From Macrostomum lignano (taxonomy: Eukaryota), in contig NIVC01004206.1 in assembly GCA_002269645.1 (NCBI GenBank), positions 1-55,268 on the forward strand: 55,268 nt of DNA, read 5' to 3'. Under the pieces are notes generated by a model. It was not told the DNA's origin. It saw only the letters and a program-made list of their open reading frames with translations, and searched no databases. Positions 24,835 through 37,011 of this stretch are shown one piece after another. Both the position numbers and the translations under genes were made by a program. Numbering within the stretch: the stretch's first letter is position 1; the number at the start of each line of letters is the position of its first letter.

Positions 24835-25502
24835 CGCACTCCCAGTTCCTCAGTTGCTGGGCCACTGCCCTCCCAGATCCTCAGTTGCTGGGTCAGCCTC
24901 CCAGATCCTCAGTTGCTGGGTCACTGCCCTCCCAGATCCTCAGTTGCTGGGTCAGCCTCCCAGATCCTCAGTTGCTGGGCCACTGCCCTCCCAGATCCTC
25001 AGTTGCTGGGCCAGCCTCCCAGATCCTCAGTTGCTGGGTCAGCCTCCCAGATCCTCAGTTGCTGGGTCAGCCTCCCAGATCCTCAGTTGCTGGGCCACTG
25101 CCCTCCCAGATCCTCAGTTGCTGGGTCAGCCTCCCAGATCCTCAGTTGCTGGGCCACTGCCCTCCCAGATCCTCAGTTGCTGGGTCAGCCTCCCAGATCC
25201 TCAGTTGCTGGGCCACTGCCCTCCCAGATCCTCAGTTGCTGGGCCACTGCCCTCCCAGATCCTCAGTTGCTGGGTCAGCCTCCCAGATCCTCAGTTGCTG
25301 GGCCACTGCCCTCCCAGATCCTCAGTTGCTGGGCCACTGCCCTCCCAGATCCTCAGTTGCTGGGTCAGCCTCCCAGATCCTCAGTTGCTGGGCCACTGCC
25401 CTCCCAGATCCTCAGTTGCTGGGTCAGCCTCCCAGATCCTCAGTTGCTGGGTCAGCCTCCCAGATCCTCAGTTGCTGGGCCACTGCTCTCCCAGTTCCTC
25501 AG
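24835..25502. repeat. 28/31-bp minisatellite CCCAGATCCTCAGTTGCTGGG(TCAGCCT/CCACTGCCCT)
   Basis: Two interspersed unit variants. Same family as the Vangl intron 2 array, in opposite orientation. Confidence 0.96.
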
Positions 25503-26185
25503 GCAACGTCACACAGTCTCAATTTCTTAATCAAGGACACTCATATTGCAATTGTACACTAAGCGCTTACACAGGAATAACGCAGTAAGTACATTCATGG
25601 AGTTTTTACTTGTAAACGAAAGCGATAACAGTTGTGCTTGGCTAAATTTTATTTAATAGTTCTAATATTCAATGAGAGAAAAAAGTTGGAATATTTTGAT
25701 GGCGCAAAAGCGATTACTCAACTGAATTTGAAACAGACTCAGACTGTGAAAAACATTAAGTTTGTTTTCCGACAATGAGATGAACTTGATCAATATTTCA
25801 AATGAATATACAGGAGTAAAACAAGTTATGAAGTGCTCAAAAGAAAACTACAAGTTATATTGGTTGTGAATTTTCCATAGAACGAGAAATGAAACTCGCG
25901 CACCAGACAGAAGGCATCGAACAGAGACTATAGAAAGTGACACAAAGGAGGCGAGGACTGCGACAACAGTTAGAAGGACGCTCTTGCTGAAATTTTAAAG
26001 AATCGTTAAGAACTTAAATGTGACAAACTGTGAATCGGCTTCTAATTAAAATGGCAATTTAATGTTTGAAACACTGAAAACTGCCTGTCTCGTCGAGACA
26101 TTTCGCATCATTGCAAATTTCATGCTTTTTTCAGTGGACCATGGCTGACTGACTGACTTACTGACTGACTGACACTATAGGACCA

Positions 26186-26401
26186 TTTCCCAGTCTATTT
26201 CAACAGAACCAATATGCAATTTCCATGCTAGATAGTCATAATATTTTTTAGAAATGTCTGTAGTAGATGGCGTATATTTCTGACTGCTTGCAATCCAAAG
26301 AAACACAGAAAGTGATATCCATTATGGTGATAAATTTTTGTTGTCTAAATAGAAACTTTTTTATTCTGAGCATGGAATGACTGTTGAAATAGACAGGGAA
26401 A
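26186..26401. mobile_element. Putative MITE with 21-bp TIRs
   Basis: TTTCCCAGTCTATTTCAACAG (26186) and CTGTTGAAATAGACAGGGAAA (ending 26401) are inverted with 1 mismatch; weaker subterminal symmetry; no TSD identified. Confidence 0.55.
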
Positions 26402-26689
26402 AAGTGTACTTTTTGTTTAAGTAAAATCAGTTTTGTTCGATTTACGAGTATTCCATGAATCGTTTCAATGGCAGCGCGCCAGCCACATCAGACTAAAGAT
26501 GCTGACGACAGCTGCGGCAGCCGCTGGCAGAGTCATCGGGCGCACTCTGGAGCCTCCTTTGCCGTACATGAAGCTGTAAGAAACTGAAATATGCAGAATT
26601 GGAGTTTCAGTGGCATGACTGAGTCTTCGGGTTGAGATTGTGCGGGTACTCAAATAAGATAAGTGTGCTAAGTGGGTTACTTAAGGGAG

Positions 26690-26880
26690 GTAGGGGATGC
26701 TCAAGTGAGGTAAGTAAGTACTCAAGTGAGGTACATGAGTACTCAAGTGAGGTACATGAGTACTCAAGTGAGGTACATGAGTACTCAAGTGAGGTATATG
26801 AGTACTCAAGTGAGGTAAGCGGGTACTCAAGTGAGGTATATGAGTACTCAAGTGAGGTAAACGGCTACTCACGGGAAGTA
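26690..26880. repeat. 21-bp tandem repeat TACTCAAGTGAGGTACATGAG
   Basis: About 8 units. Confidence 0.92.
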
Positions 26881-27799
26881 GCGTGTACTTTAGTTTTAGA
26901 AGGCAATAAGTTTACCTCAAAAGCAAGTCAGACAGGACAGTGAGAAATTATTCTATATCTGCCAGTCTCAGCCCTCGCCACGCATTCCCTAATCTTACTC
27001 GAACCCTCCTGATAAACAGAAAAATGAGAGAAAATTGTTTTGTACAAAATTTAGAGCAAACGTAGGTTGGAGCCCGTCCCAACTATGGGGGTTGGGGGGG
27101 ATTGGGGCAATAGCTGTTTTATGACTGCCCGAAGTGTACGTCCCGAGTGGGAGGAGAGGAACAGATCCCCGTGGTCTGGGCTGGCTGCCTGTTCAGGGCG
27201 AGCGGCTTCCCGTAGCCGTGTGGATCAATTTTAATGCTATAGTGCACTGGGCGAGAGAGAGAGAGAGAGAGAGAGAGTTTTAGTTGGCAACATAAAATTT
27301 ACTCTTCTACTGTTAAATCCCGAGAGAAAAGTGCGGCGATTGAAGAGCCAATCACTTTCTTCCCTTGTGGAGGATTTGGTAGGCTCTATCCAGCTGCTCA
27401 AGTCAATATATTTACTATAATCGATACAGGCTATAAAAACTTTACAGTCAACGCAGCGCTTACTAAAGCTCCCAGCCACGAATACTCGCACCTTAGTAAT
27501 TTCGATGTACTCTCGTAGCAATGTGTAGTGGTTTTCCACTCCAGATTGTTAGGCTTACAAGTCCCTGACTTACGAGTAGGGAGCCGGTCCGATCAGGAAA
27601 TGGGATTTTATTCCCAGACGGCGGCAGGTTGAGAGGTTGAGATGCCCCGGGGATCGAAAAGCTGAGTATCGAAAATTGACCCCGTCTCTGCCCCAATTCT
27701 CCCTCCGCTTGAGCAGCCGCCGCCTGAGCAGGCCACGCGAGCGGGCATAAGATATCGAACGCAAACGAAAGCAGGGAAAGTGAGAAAAAAAGAAAATGA

Positions 27800-28381
27800 A
27801 AAGAAGAGAGAGAAATAGGGAGAGGTAGAGAGAGGGGGAGTGATATAGAGGGAGATGTAGAGAGAGAGAGGGGGAGTGATATAGAGGGAGATGTAGAGAG
27901 AGAAAAGGAAGAGGTAGAGAGTGGAGAGGTAGACAGAGGGGAGAGGTAAGGAGAGTGGAGAGGTAGAGAGGGGAGAGGTAGAGAGAGTGGCGAGGTAGAG
28001 AGAGGGGAGAGGTAGAGAGAGAGAGGGGAGAGGTAGAGATAGAGGGGGGAGAGGTAGAGAGAGGGGAGAGGTAGAGAGAGTGGAGAGGTAGAGAGAGAGG
28101 GGGGAGGTAGAGAGAGAGAGGGGAGAGGTAGAGATAGAGGGGGGAGAGGTAGAGAGAGGGGAGAGGTAGAGAGAGTGGAGAGGTAGAGAGAGAGGGGGGA
28201 GGTAGAGAGAGAGGGGAGAGGTAGAGAGAGAGGGGGGAGAGGTAGAGAGAGGGGAGAGGTAGAGAGAGTGGAGAGGTAGAGAGAGAGGGGGGAGGTAGAG
28301 AGAGAGGGGAGAGGTAGAGAGAGAGAGGAGGGAGAGGTAGAGATAGGGGAGAGGTAGAGGGAGGGGAGAGGTAGAGAGAGA
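27800..28381. repeat. Polypurine GAGAGGTAGAGAGAGAGGG-type repeat
   Basis: Almost pure G/A strand with periodic GGTAG. Confidence 0.95.
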
Positions 28382-28452
28382 TGCTGGATTTCTACAATGC
28401 ACACTCCGTGAGGTAGTGAAAGACGCTCACGCGCAGTGAAGCGCTTCCCCCA

Positions 28453-31400
28453 TTACTCTATCGGATGCAGCAGCTGGGTACTAAAGATGCCGATAGAAGC
28501 ATGCGGGAAGATTGCTAACGCAGCTATTACTGGGCAAAGTGCAGCTGCAAACAGGAGAAGAGGAAAAAAAGAGAAACAGCGGAGCCTTTGAGTGAGCACC
28601 GGCAAGGGTTTGTCTCTGTAAACAGCAGGGCATGAGCAAAGGCACGGAATTAGACAGAGGAGGCTCTCCGCTGATGTAATTACTGGCTCGCAGAGAGGCC
28701 GGTGTGGCATTTGATCAGCCCTGACGGACATAAAGTTCCCGAAATTCAATGAAAACCAGTGAAAAGCTACGCTGTCAGCTGACTTTTTGGAATCTTGAGG
28801 ACATATGTAGCCTGCATCTATGAGATTGCATAAAATTTGTGTTTATTCTCTTGCTGCAGGGTGAGATTTAGGGCATCCATCCCTTGATACACGGTGAGAT
28901 TTGGGGCATCCATAATCCCTTGATACACGGTGAGATTTAGGGCATCCATCCCTTGATACACGGTGAGATTTAGGGCATCCATCCCTTGATACAGGGTGAA
29001 ATTTAGGGCATCCATTTCTCCTGTCGCAGGGTGAGATTTAGGGCATCCATTTCTCCTGTCGCAGGGTGAGATTTAGGGCATCCATTTCTCCTGTCGCAGG
29101 GTGAGATTTAGGGCATCCAATTCACCTGTCGCAGGGTGAGATTTAGGGCATCCAATTCACCTGTCGCAGGGTGAGATTTAGGGCATCCATTTCTCCTGTC
29201 GCAGGGTGAGATTTAGGGCATCCAATTCTCCTGTAACAGGGTGAGATTTAGGGCATCCAATTCACCTGTCGCAGGGTGAGATTTAGGGCATCCATTTCTC
29301 CTGTCGCAGGGTGAGATTTAGGGCATCCAATTCACCTGTCGCAGGGTGAGATTTAGGGCATCCATTTCTCCTGTCGCAGGGTGAGATTTAGGGCATCCAA
29401 TTCACCTGTCGCAGGGTGAGATTTAGGGCATCCATTTCTCCTGTCGCAGGGTGAGATTTAGGGCATCCAATTCTCCTGTAACAGGGTGAGATTTAGGGCA
29501 TCCAATTCACCTGTCGCAGGGTGAGATTTAGGGCATCCATTTCTCCTGTCGCAGGGTGAGATTTAGGGCATCCAATTCACCTGTCGCAGGGTGAGATTTA
29601 GGGCATCCATTTCTCCTGTCGCAGGGTGAGATTTAGGGCATCCAATTCTCCTGTAACAGGGTGAGATTTAGGGCATCCAATTCACCTGTCGCAGGGTGAA
29701 ATTTAGGGCATCTATTTCTCCTGTCGCAGGGTGAGATTTAGGGCATCCAATTCACCTGTCGCAGGGTGAGATTTACGGCATCCATTTCTCCTGTCGCAGG
29801 GTGAGATTTAGGGCATTCATTTCTCCTGTCGCAGGGTGAGATTTAGGGCATCCATTTCTCCTGTCGCAGGGTGAGATTTAGGGCATTCATTTCTCCTGTC
29901 GCAGGGTGAGATTTAGGGCATTCATTTCTCCTGTCGCAGGGTGAGATTTAGGGCATCCATTTCTCCTGTCGCAGGGTGAGATTTAGGGCATCCAATTCTC
30001 CTGTAACAGGGTGAGATTTAGGGCATCCAATTCACCTGTCGCAGGGTGAAATTTAGGGCATCTATTTCTCCTGTCGCAGGGTGAGATTTAGGGCATCCAT
30101 TTCTCCTGTCGCAGGGTGAGATTTAGGGCATCTATTTCTCCTGTCGCAGGGTGAGATTTACGGCATCCATTTCTCCTGTCGCAGGGTGAGATTTAGGGCA
30201 TTCATTTCTCCTGTCGCAGGGTGAGATTTAGGGCATCAGTTCGCTTCACCTTTCGGTTCGACCGGCGTCTTAATCAGCTGCCGCATGACGAAGTCCTTTC
30301 CCTCCTGGCACTCGGGCTTCAGGTCGGACTCGAAATGGATGAAGGAGAGGTCCAGGTACTGCCGGGCGGTGGCCAGACTCATCTGGCAGGTCGGCTCGGC
30401 CAGCGGATCGGCCGGTCGCGCCTCGCACTGCGGATTCTTCGCTTGGCCCGGCCGTGAGGCGGTGGGCCAGACGCTGACCGAGTCGCGATTCTCCCGGCAG
30501 CGGAGCGTCTTCATCACGAAATCGAGCTCGGGACCTTTGCGGACGAAGCCGTTTTCGTTGATACGCAGCTCGCCTGAAGCAGTGGCGATTTGAGTGGCTG
30601 GGCTCGAGGCATCTGACACAGTAGCTAAACCATCTGACACAGTAGCTAAACCATCTGACACAGTAGCTAAACCATCTGACACAGTAGCTAAACCATCTGA
30701 CACAGTAGCTAAACCATCTGACACAGTAGCTAAACCATCTGACACAGTAGCTAAACCATCTGACACAGTAGCTAAACCATCTGACACAGTAGCTAAACCA
30801 TCTGACACAGTAGCTAAACCATCTGACACAGTAGCTAAACCATCTGACACAGTAGCTAAAACTACCTGACACATCAGCTGAAACCACCTGAGACATCAGC
30901 TAAAACCATCTGACACAGTAGCTAAACCATCTGACACAGTAGCTAAACCATCTGACACAGTAGCTAAAACTACCTGACACATCAGCTGAAACCACCTGAG
31001 ACATCAGCTAAAACCATCTGACACAGTAGCTAAACCATCTGACACAGTAGCTAAACCATCTGACACAGTAGCTAAACCATCTGACACAGTAGCTAAACCA
31101 TCTGACACAGTAGCTAAACCATCTGACACAGTAGCTAAACCATCTGACACAGTAGCTAAAACTACCTGACACATCAGCTGAAACCACCTGACACATCAGC
31201 TAAAACCCCCTGACACATCAGCTGAAACCACCTGACACATCAGCTAAAACCACCTGACACATCAGCTGAAACCACCTGACACAGCTCTCACCGTCGGTGT
31301 AGGTCACAAAGAACAGGCCGGAGTCGCCGTCCTCGCACTTGATGTCCAGGCAGAGACCAGTGCCGAAGCCGCTGTTCAGACCGGTCACCTCAACCTCCTC

Positions 31401-31748
31401 CCTGTTCAGTCGGCCCCTCAGGTAGCAGTCCACTTGTACTTTAATTTTAAACTTTCCGCCGCCGGAGGAAGCGTCTTTGATCACGTGACTAACAGTGCCG
31501 ATAAAGACCAGATTGGCAGTCAGGTAGCGAGCGGCTACCAGCGTGTCTCTGGTGCTCTTGGAATCGCCAAATATGACAGTCAGACTCTTGAGCTTGTAGC
31601 AGCCGCTCAGTCCGTACTTGGCCAGATCGAACATCTGCTGCACCTGAGGGTAGGCACAGCGGTTGGCTCGCTCGGAGCTGGCCGGCTGCCAGATGCCAGC
31701 CGCAGACAGCGAAATCACCAACAGAACGATGCCAGGCTGTGTGGCCAT
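28453..31748 (-). CDS. Secreted agrin-NtA/TIMP-like OB-fold domain protein with a hydrophobic C-terminal tail (about 303 aa)
   Basis: Exons 31748-31292, 30612-30250 and 28544-28453, both junctions phase 1. Signal-peptide-like MATQPGIVLLVISLSAAGIW. ANLVFIGTV...KIKVQVDCYLRG...GFGTGLC...GDSGLFFV parallels the agrin NtA pattern (ANVVLTGTV...KVRVWRYLKG...GFGDPLIC...GDTRIFFV, from recall). Exon 3 follows a strong pyrimidine tract. The alternative is read-through to TGA at 30236. Confidence 0.75.
28855..30235. repeat. 35-bp minisatellite GGGTGAGATTTAGGGCATCCATTTCTCCTGTCGCA (NtA-gene intron 2)
   Basis: About 39 tandem units, beginning 14 nt after the donor at 30249. Confidence 0.97.
30613..31283. 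repeat. 21/22-bp minisatellite making up NtA-gene intron 1
   Basis: Units ACACAGTAGCTAAACCATCTG (21 bp) and ACACATCAGCTGAAACCACCTG (22 bp) in alternating blocks. Confidence 0.96.
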
Positions 31749-31956
31749 GATGAGCTCACGATCGCCTCTCTCTGTGTCTGCGTGGGAGATGGATGCGTGT
31801 TAGGGGGGAGCAGAAGTGCTAAGGTTTGTTAAATAACTGGCTCCGGCTACAGGAGAGAGGGGCGCCTGGGGTTGGGGGGATCAGGGAGAGAAAATCGCCC
31901 AGTTTGTTTGGTCCACGTCTTCCGCCTGCAGTCAATGGCTGCACGTGCCGGTCTGC

Positions 31957-31959
<3 letters not shown>

Positions 31960-32036
<77 letters not shown>
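31960..32036. repeat. (CT)n microsatellite
   Basis: Direct inspection. Confidence 0.98.
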
Positions 32037-32040
<4 letters not shown>

Positions 32041-32254
32041 CCAGCTCACCCACCCACTCACACGCACGTCAATGCCGAGGCGACGAGAGAGAGGGAGGGA
32101 GGAAGGCAGAGCCGGCACTTTTACGGAATGGGGGCTTGAGGGCGTGTATGGGCTGATGACGATTGGCGGGCACAGTGAGTGGCATGGCTCGTATTTATCG
32201 TGTCCTGGCAACAATCAGCCTCTTGTGTCTGCCTCTTGCAATGCCTAATGGCAA

Positions 32255-33350
32255 GAATGTGCAGTGTCTATCATCAAGCATCAAGCAGTCATGTGTCTAT
32301 CATCAAGCATCAATCAGTCATGTGTCTATCATCAAGCAATCATGTGTCTATGGTCAAGCAATCATGTGTCTATGGTCAACCAATCATGTGTCTATGGTCA
32401 AGCAATCATGTGTCTATGGTCAACCAATCATGTGTCTATGGTCAAGCAATCATGTGTCTATCGTCAAGCAATCATGTGTCTATCATCAAGCATCAATCAG
32501 TCATGTGTCTATCATCAAGCAATCATGTGTCTATGGTCAACCAATCATGTGTCTATGGTCAAGCAATCATGTGTCTATCATCAAGCAATCATGTGTCTAT
32601 CGTCAAGCAATCATGTGTCTATGGTCAACCAATCATGTGTCTATCATCAAGCAATCATGTGTCTATCGTCAAGCAATCATGTGTCTATGGTCAAGCAATC
32701 ATGTGTCTATCATCAAGCAATCATGTGTCTATCATCAAGCAATCATGTGTCTATGGTCAAGCAGTCATGTGTCTATCATCAAGCAATCATGTGTCTATCA
32801 TCAAGCAATCATGTGTCTATCATCAAGCAATCATGTGTCTATCATCAAGCAATCATGTGTCTATGGTCAAGCAATCATGTGTCTATCGTCAAGCAATCAT
32901 GTGTCTATCGTCAAGCAATCATGTGTCTATCATCAAGCAATCATGTGTCTATCATCAAGCAATCATGTGTCTATCATCAATTAATCATGTGTCTATCATC
33001 AAGCAATCATGTGTCTATGGTCAAGCAATCATGTGTCTATCATCAAGCAATCATGTGTCTATCATCAAGCATCAATCAGTCATGTGTCTATCATCAAGCA
33101 ATCATGTGTCTATCGTCAAGCAATCATGTGTCTATCGTCAAGCAATCATGTGTCTATGGTCAAGCAATCATGTGTCTATCATCAAGCAATCATGTGTCTA
33201 TCATCAAGCAATCATGTGTCTATCATCAAGCAATCATGTGTCTATCATCAAGCAATCATGTGTCTATCATCAAGCAATCATGTGTCTATCATCAAGCAAT
33301 CATGTCTATCGTCAAGCAATCATGTGTCTATCGTCAAGAAATCATGTGTC
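32255..33350. repeat. 22-bp minisatellite CAAGCAATCATGTGTCTATCAT
   Basis: About 48 units; it accounts for ORFs 32163, 32179, 32264 and 33009. Confidence 0.97.
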
Positions 33351-34141
33351 TAAAATGGTCAAATTGTCACCTGTCTATGAGAAGTCTATGTGATAAATCT
33401 TCAGTCATCTGAAAGTATACAACGCTAATCTGCATTCAGTATTTAATTCAACCAATTTCCAGGGTCCCTATTAATGTACTCAACTATTTAAACTTCTACG
33501 GTTTTGAAGACTAACACAAATTTTTGCAAAATTAGTCATCCCTTGCAAAAAATGAAAGAGAGCCTTTGATCTGTTTCAATCGAACTAGTTTTGAGCCAGT
33601 TGCAGCTAACTGCAACCTGTCCGGAATTGCGGCAGTACATGGCTTGCGGAATTCCTAGCTAAAGGCAGTACGGTAGGATATTCCTTACCTGTCGATAAGG
33701 TATCCTGATTATAACCCCCTAAGCCTGCATATATTTCTACTGGACCAAAGAAACTTCTAGAATCGATCGTCACTTCCTTGGCAGGTCTTCTATCGGCTCT
33801 ACAGAGGGGCTTCCATTCCTGTGGGAGGGCGCCCCGCCCGGGGAGCTGGGAGGTATGGATAGGGTATGACCTGGGGATTATAGGACTTTGGGCGCGGTGA
33901 TTGATGGCTCATGGGCTTAGCCAAGCATGCATGCAGCAATTTGTGCGTGTAACCAGGTGCGACACATCTCCTCGCATGCGCGCACGGCTAGGGTCAGGCC
34001 TTGCAGCAAGGCCTTCGGCCTGATACAATTCTGGAGGGGAACTCCACCACCCCAGGCAGCGGATAATAGGCCCAGTGTAAAACTGGTTGATGGATTTGAT
34101 CTCAAACCAATGCGGTTGCCATTTACATTGGATATCGGCGA

Positions 34142-34502
34142 GGGCTAACCCTAACTTTAACCCTAACCCTAACCTAACCCCAACCCTAGCCTTAACCCTA
34201 ACAATAACCCTAACCCTAACAATAACTTTAACCCTAACCCTAACAATAACCTTAACAATAACCCTAACAATAACCTTAACAATAACCTTATCAATAACCC
34301 TAACAATAACCTTAACAATAACCTTATCAATAACCCTAACAATAACCTTAACAATAACCCTAACAATAACCCTAACAATAACCCTAACAATAACCTTAAC
34401 AATAACCCTAACAATAACCTTAACAATAACCCTAACAATAACCCTAACAATAACCTTAACAATAACCCTAACAATAACCTTAACAATAACCCTAACAATA
34501 AC
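34142..34502. repeat. Interstitial telomere-like (TAACCC) repeat grading into a 12-bp AACC(C/T)TAACAAT array
   Basis: TAACCC units at the left end, 12-mer variants to the right. Confidence 0.85.
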
Positions 34503-35594
34503 CAATCCACTTCGGTAACAAAGCAGATTTACGACTACCGACGCTATATCTTTATGGTAAATAACTTTAGCAACTATAAGTTTAATTATAATTTGTTTAA
34601 ATCTGTGCAATAACTTTGTAAAAATATTTAATGGCGGCAAAGAACATTACATAAGTTGAAAATAGAAATTTTGAAGTAAGTAATTATAAATGAAGAAAAA
34701 TTAGATTCTGTAAATGAAGTCGCTAACTCAGAGATTCTAATGTACACAAAATTTGGTCAACAGGATGTTTCAGCTTGTACATGCATCTGGCGCACTCGGA
34801 AATTAATATAAAAAATGTTGATTAAAATACGCATACTTTTCTGCATCAATCCAAATCTCGAAGTTTGCGAGAACGTATCTCATTTATTTTTCGTCGTTCT
34901 TTCTTTAAAGTTCGTTAGCAAAATATTTTTTGAGGCATATCAATCAATACAAACTGTTACTTCCACTTGTTACCGAATCGGGCATCATTTCTTAAGCTAC
35001 TGGGAACAAAGACTCAAGTCAAAGTTTTGCATTGCATATGCGATTCAGAACAGAGTTCTTCGGTCTATTTTCCACAGCGATTGATTGCGCAACGCAACGC
35101 AGAGTGACGCCCCGGGGTGACTCAACGCAAAGCTATCGATTAGTAATTTTACTTTACTTCAAACTTGAAAATTTAAACAAATGTCTCGCATCTTCCAACA
35201 TGTGCTACTGAATCTAGTAGTACAGTGTGCAAGGCTACGGATTAGACTGACAGATACCCCTCCAGATTGTAAGATCTCTGTTAATATTTGCGTTAAGAAA
35301 TTTTCTGTGCCAATACAGCTTTCTTCTCAAAGTATGCTCAAACACTATGCTCTACCGTATTTGCTGTGCTCAAATATTTTTACCAACTGAACAATTTTCA
35401 GCAACGGTTGAAAGAGCTGAAAATAACAAAAAACTTGCCAAAAAATCACCTGCAGCTAAGTTACAAAATTTTTTTCGCATCTGGGATCCTTAGTTTTAGC
35501 GGATCGAGAATATCTGGTCTCAGCATTGAAATTCAGATCTCTCACAGAAAGTGTAAGAGATTTAGTCAAATATTATCTAATATCTAATAATTTA

Positions 35595-37005
35595 GGTGGG
35601 AATATCTAGTCACAGATAACGTGGGATATCTAGTCACAGAAAATATAGAATATCAAGTCACAAATAATAAAGGATATCAAGTCACAGATAATACAGGATA
35701 TCTAGTCACGGATAATGTGGGATATCTAGTCACGGATAATGTGGGACATCTAGTCACGGATAATGTGGGATATCTAGTCACGGATAATGTGGGATATCTA
35801 GTCACGGATAATGTGGGACATCTAGTCACGGATAATGTGGGACATCTAGTCACGGATAATGTGGGATATCTAGTCACGGATAGTGTGGGATATCTAGTCA
35901 CGGATAATGTGGGATATCTAGTCACGGATAATAAAGGATATCAAGTCACAGATAATACAGGATATCTAGTCACGGATAATGTGGGATATCTAGTCACGGA
36001 TAATAAAGGATATCAAGTCACAGATAATACAGGATATCTAGTCACGGATAATGTGGGACATCTAGTCACGGATAATGTGGGATATCTAGTCACGGATAAT
36101 GTGGGACATCTAGTCACAGATAATAAAGGATATCAAGTCACAGATAATACAGGATATCTAGTCACGGATAATGTGGGACATCTAGTCACGGATAATGTGG
36201 GATATCTAGTCACGGATAATGTGGGACATCTAGTCACGGATAATGTGGGACATCTAGTCACAGATAATGTGGGATATCTAGTCACAGAATACAGGATTTC
36301 CAGTCACAGAACACGGGATCTCCAGTCACAGAATACGGGATCTCCAGTCACAGAATACGGGATCTCCAGTCACAGAACACGGGATCTCCAGTCACAGAAT
36401 ACGGGATCTCCAGTCACAGAATACGGGATCTCCAGTCACAGAATACGGGATTTCCAGTCACAGAATACGGAATCTCCAGTCACAGAATACGGGATTTCCA
36501 GTCACAGAATACGGGATCTCCAGTCAATACGGGATCTCCAGTCACAGAACACGGGATCTCCAGTCACAGAATACGGGATTTCCAGTCACAGAATACGGGA
36601 TCTCCAGTCACAGAACACGGGATCTCCAGTCACAGAATACGGGATCTCCAGTCACAGAATACGGGATCTCCAGTCACAGAATACGGGATCTCCAGTCACA
36701 GAACACGGGATCTCCAGTCACAGAATACGGGATTTCCAGTCACAGAATACGGGATTTCCAGTCACAGAATACGGGATCTCCAGTCACAGAACACGGGATC
36801 TCCAGTCACAGAATACGGGATCTCCAGTCACAGAATACGGGATTTCCAGTCACAGAATACGGGATCTCCAGTCACAGAACACGGGATCTCCAGTCACAGA
36901 ATACGGGATCTCCAGTCACAGAACACGGGATCTCCAGTCACAGAATACGGGATCTCCAGTCACAGAACACGGGATCTCCAGTCACAGAACACGGGATCTT
37001 CAGTT
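35595..37005. repeat. Composite minisatellite: a 24-bp unit switching to a related 22-bp unit near 36290
   Basis: GGGATATCTAGTCACGGATAATGT, then GGGATCTCCAGTCACAGAATAC. It accounts for ORF 35621-37015. Confidence 0.96.
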
Positions 37006-37011
37006 CAGGAT

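Noticed and set aside
24632-25588. Long ORFs at 24632, 32163-33412, 35621-37015, 41176-41889 and 50404-51086
   Set aside because: All are stop-free readings of tandem arrays.
28855-30235. CRISPR-like appearance of the 30-38-bp arrays
   Set aside because: Units are contiguous with no unique spacers, there are no cas genes, and the context is eukaryotic introns.
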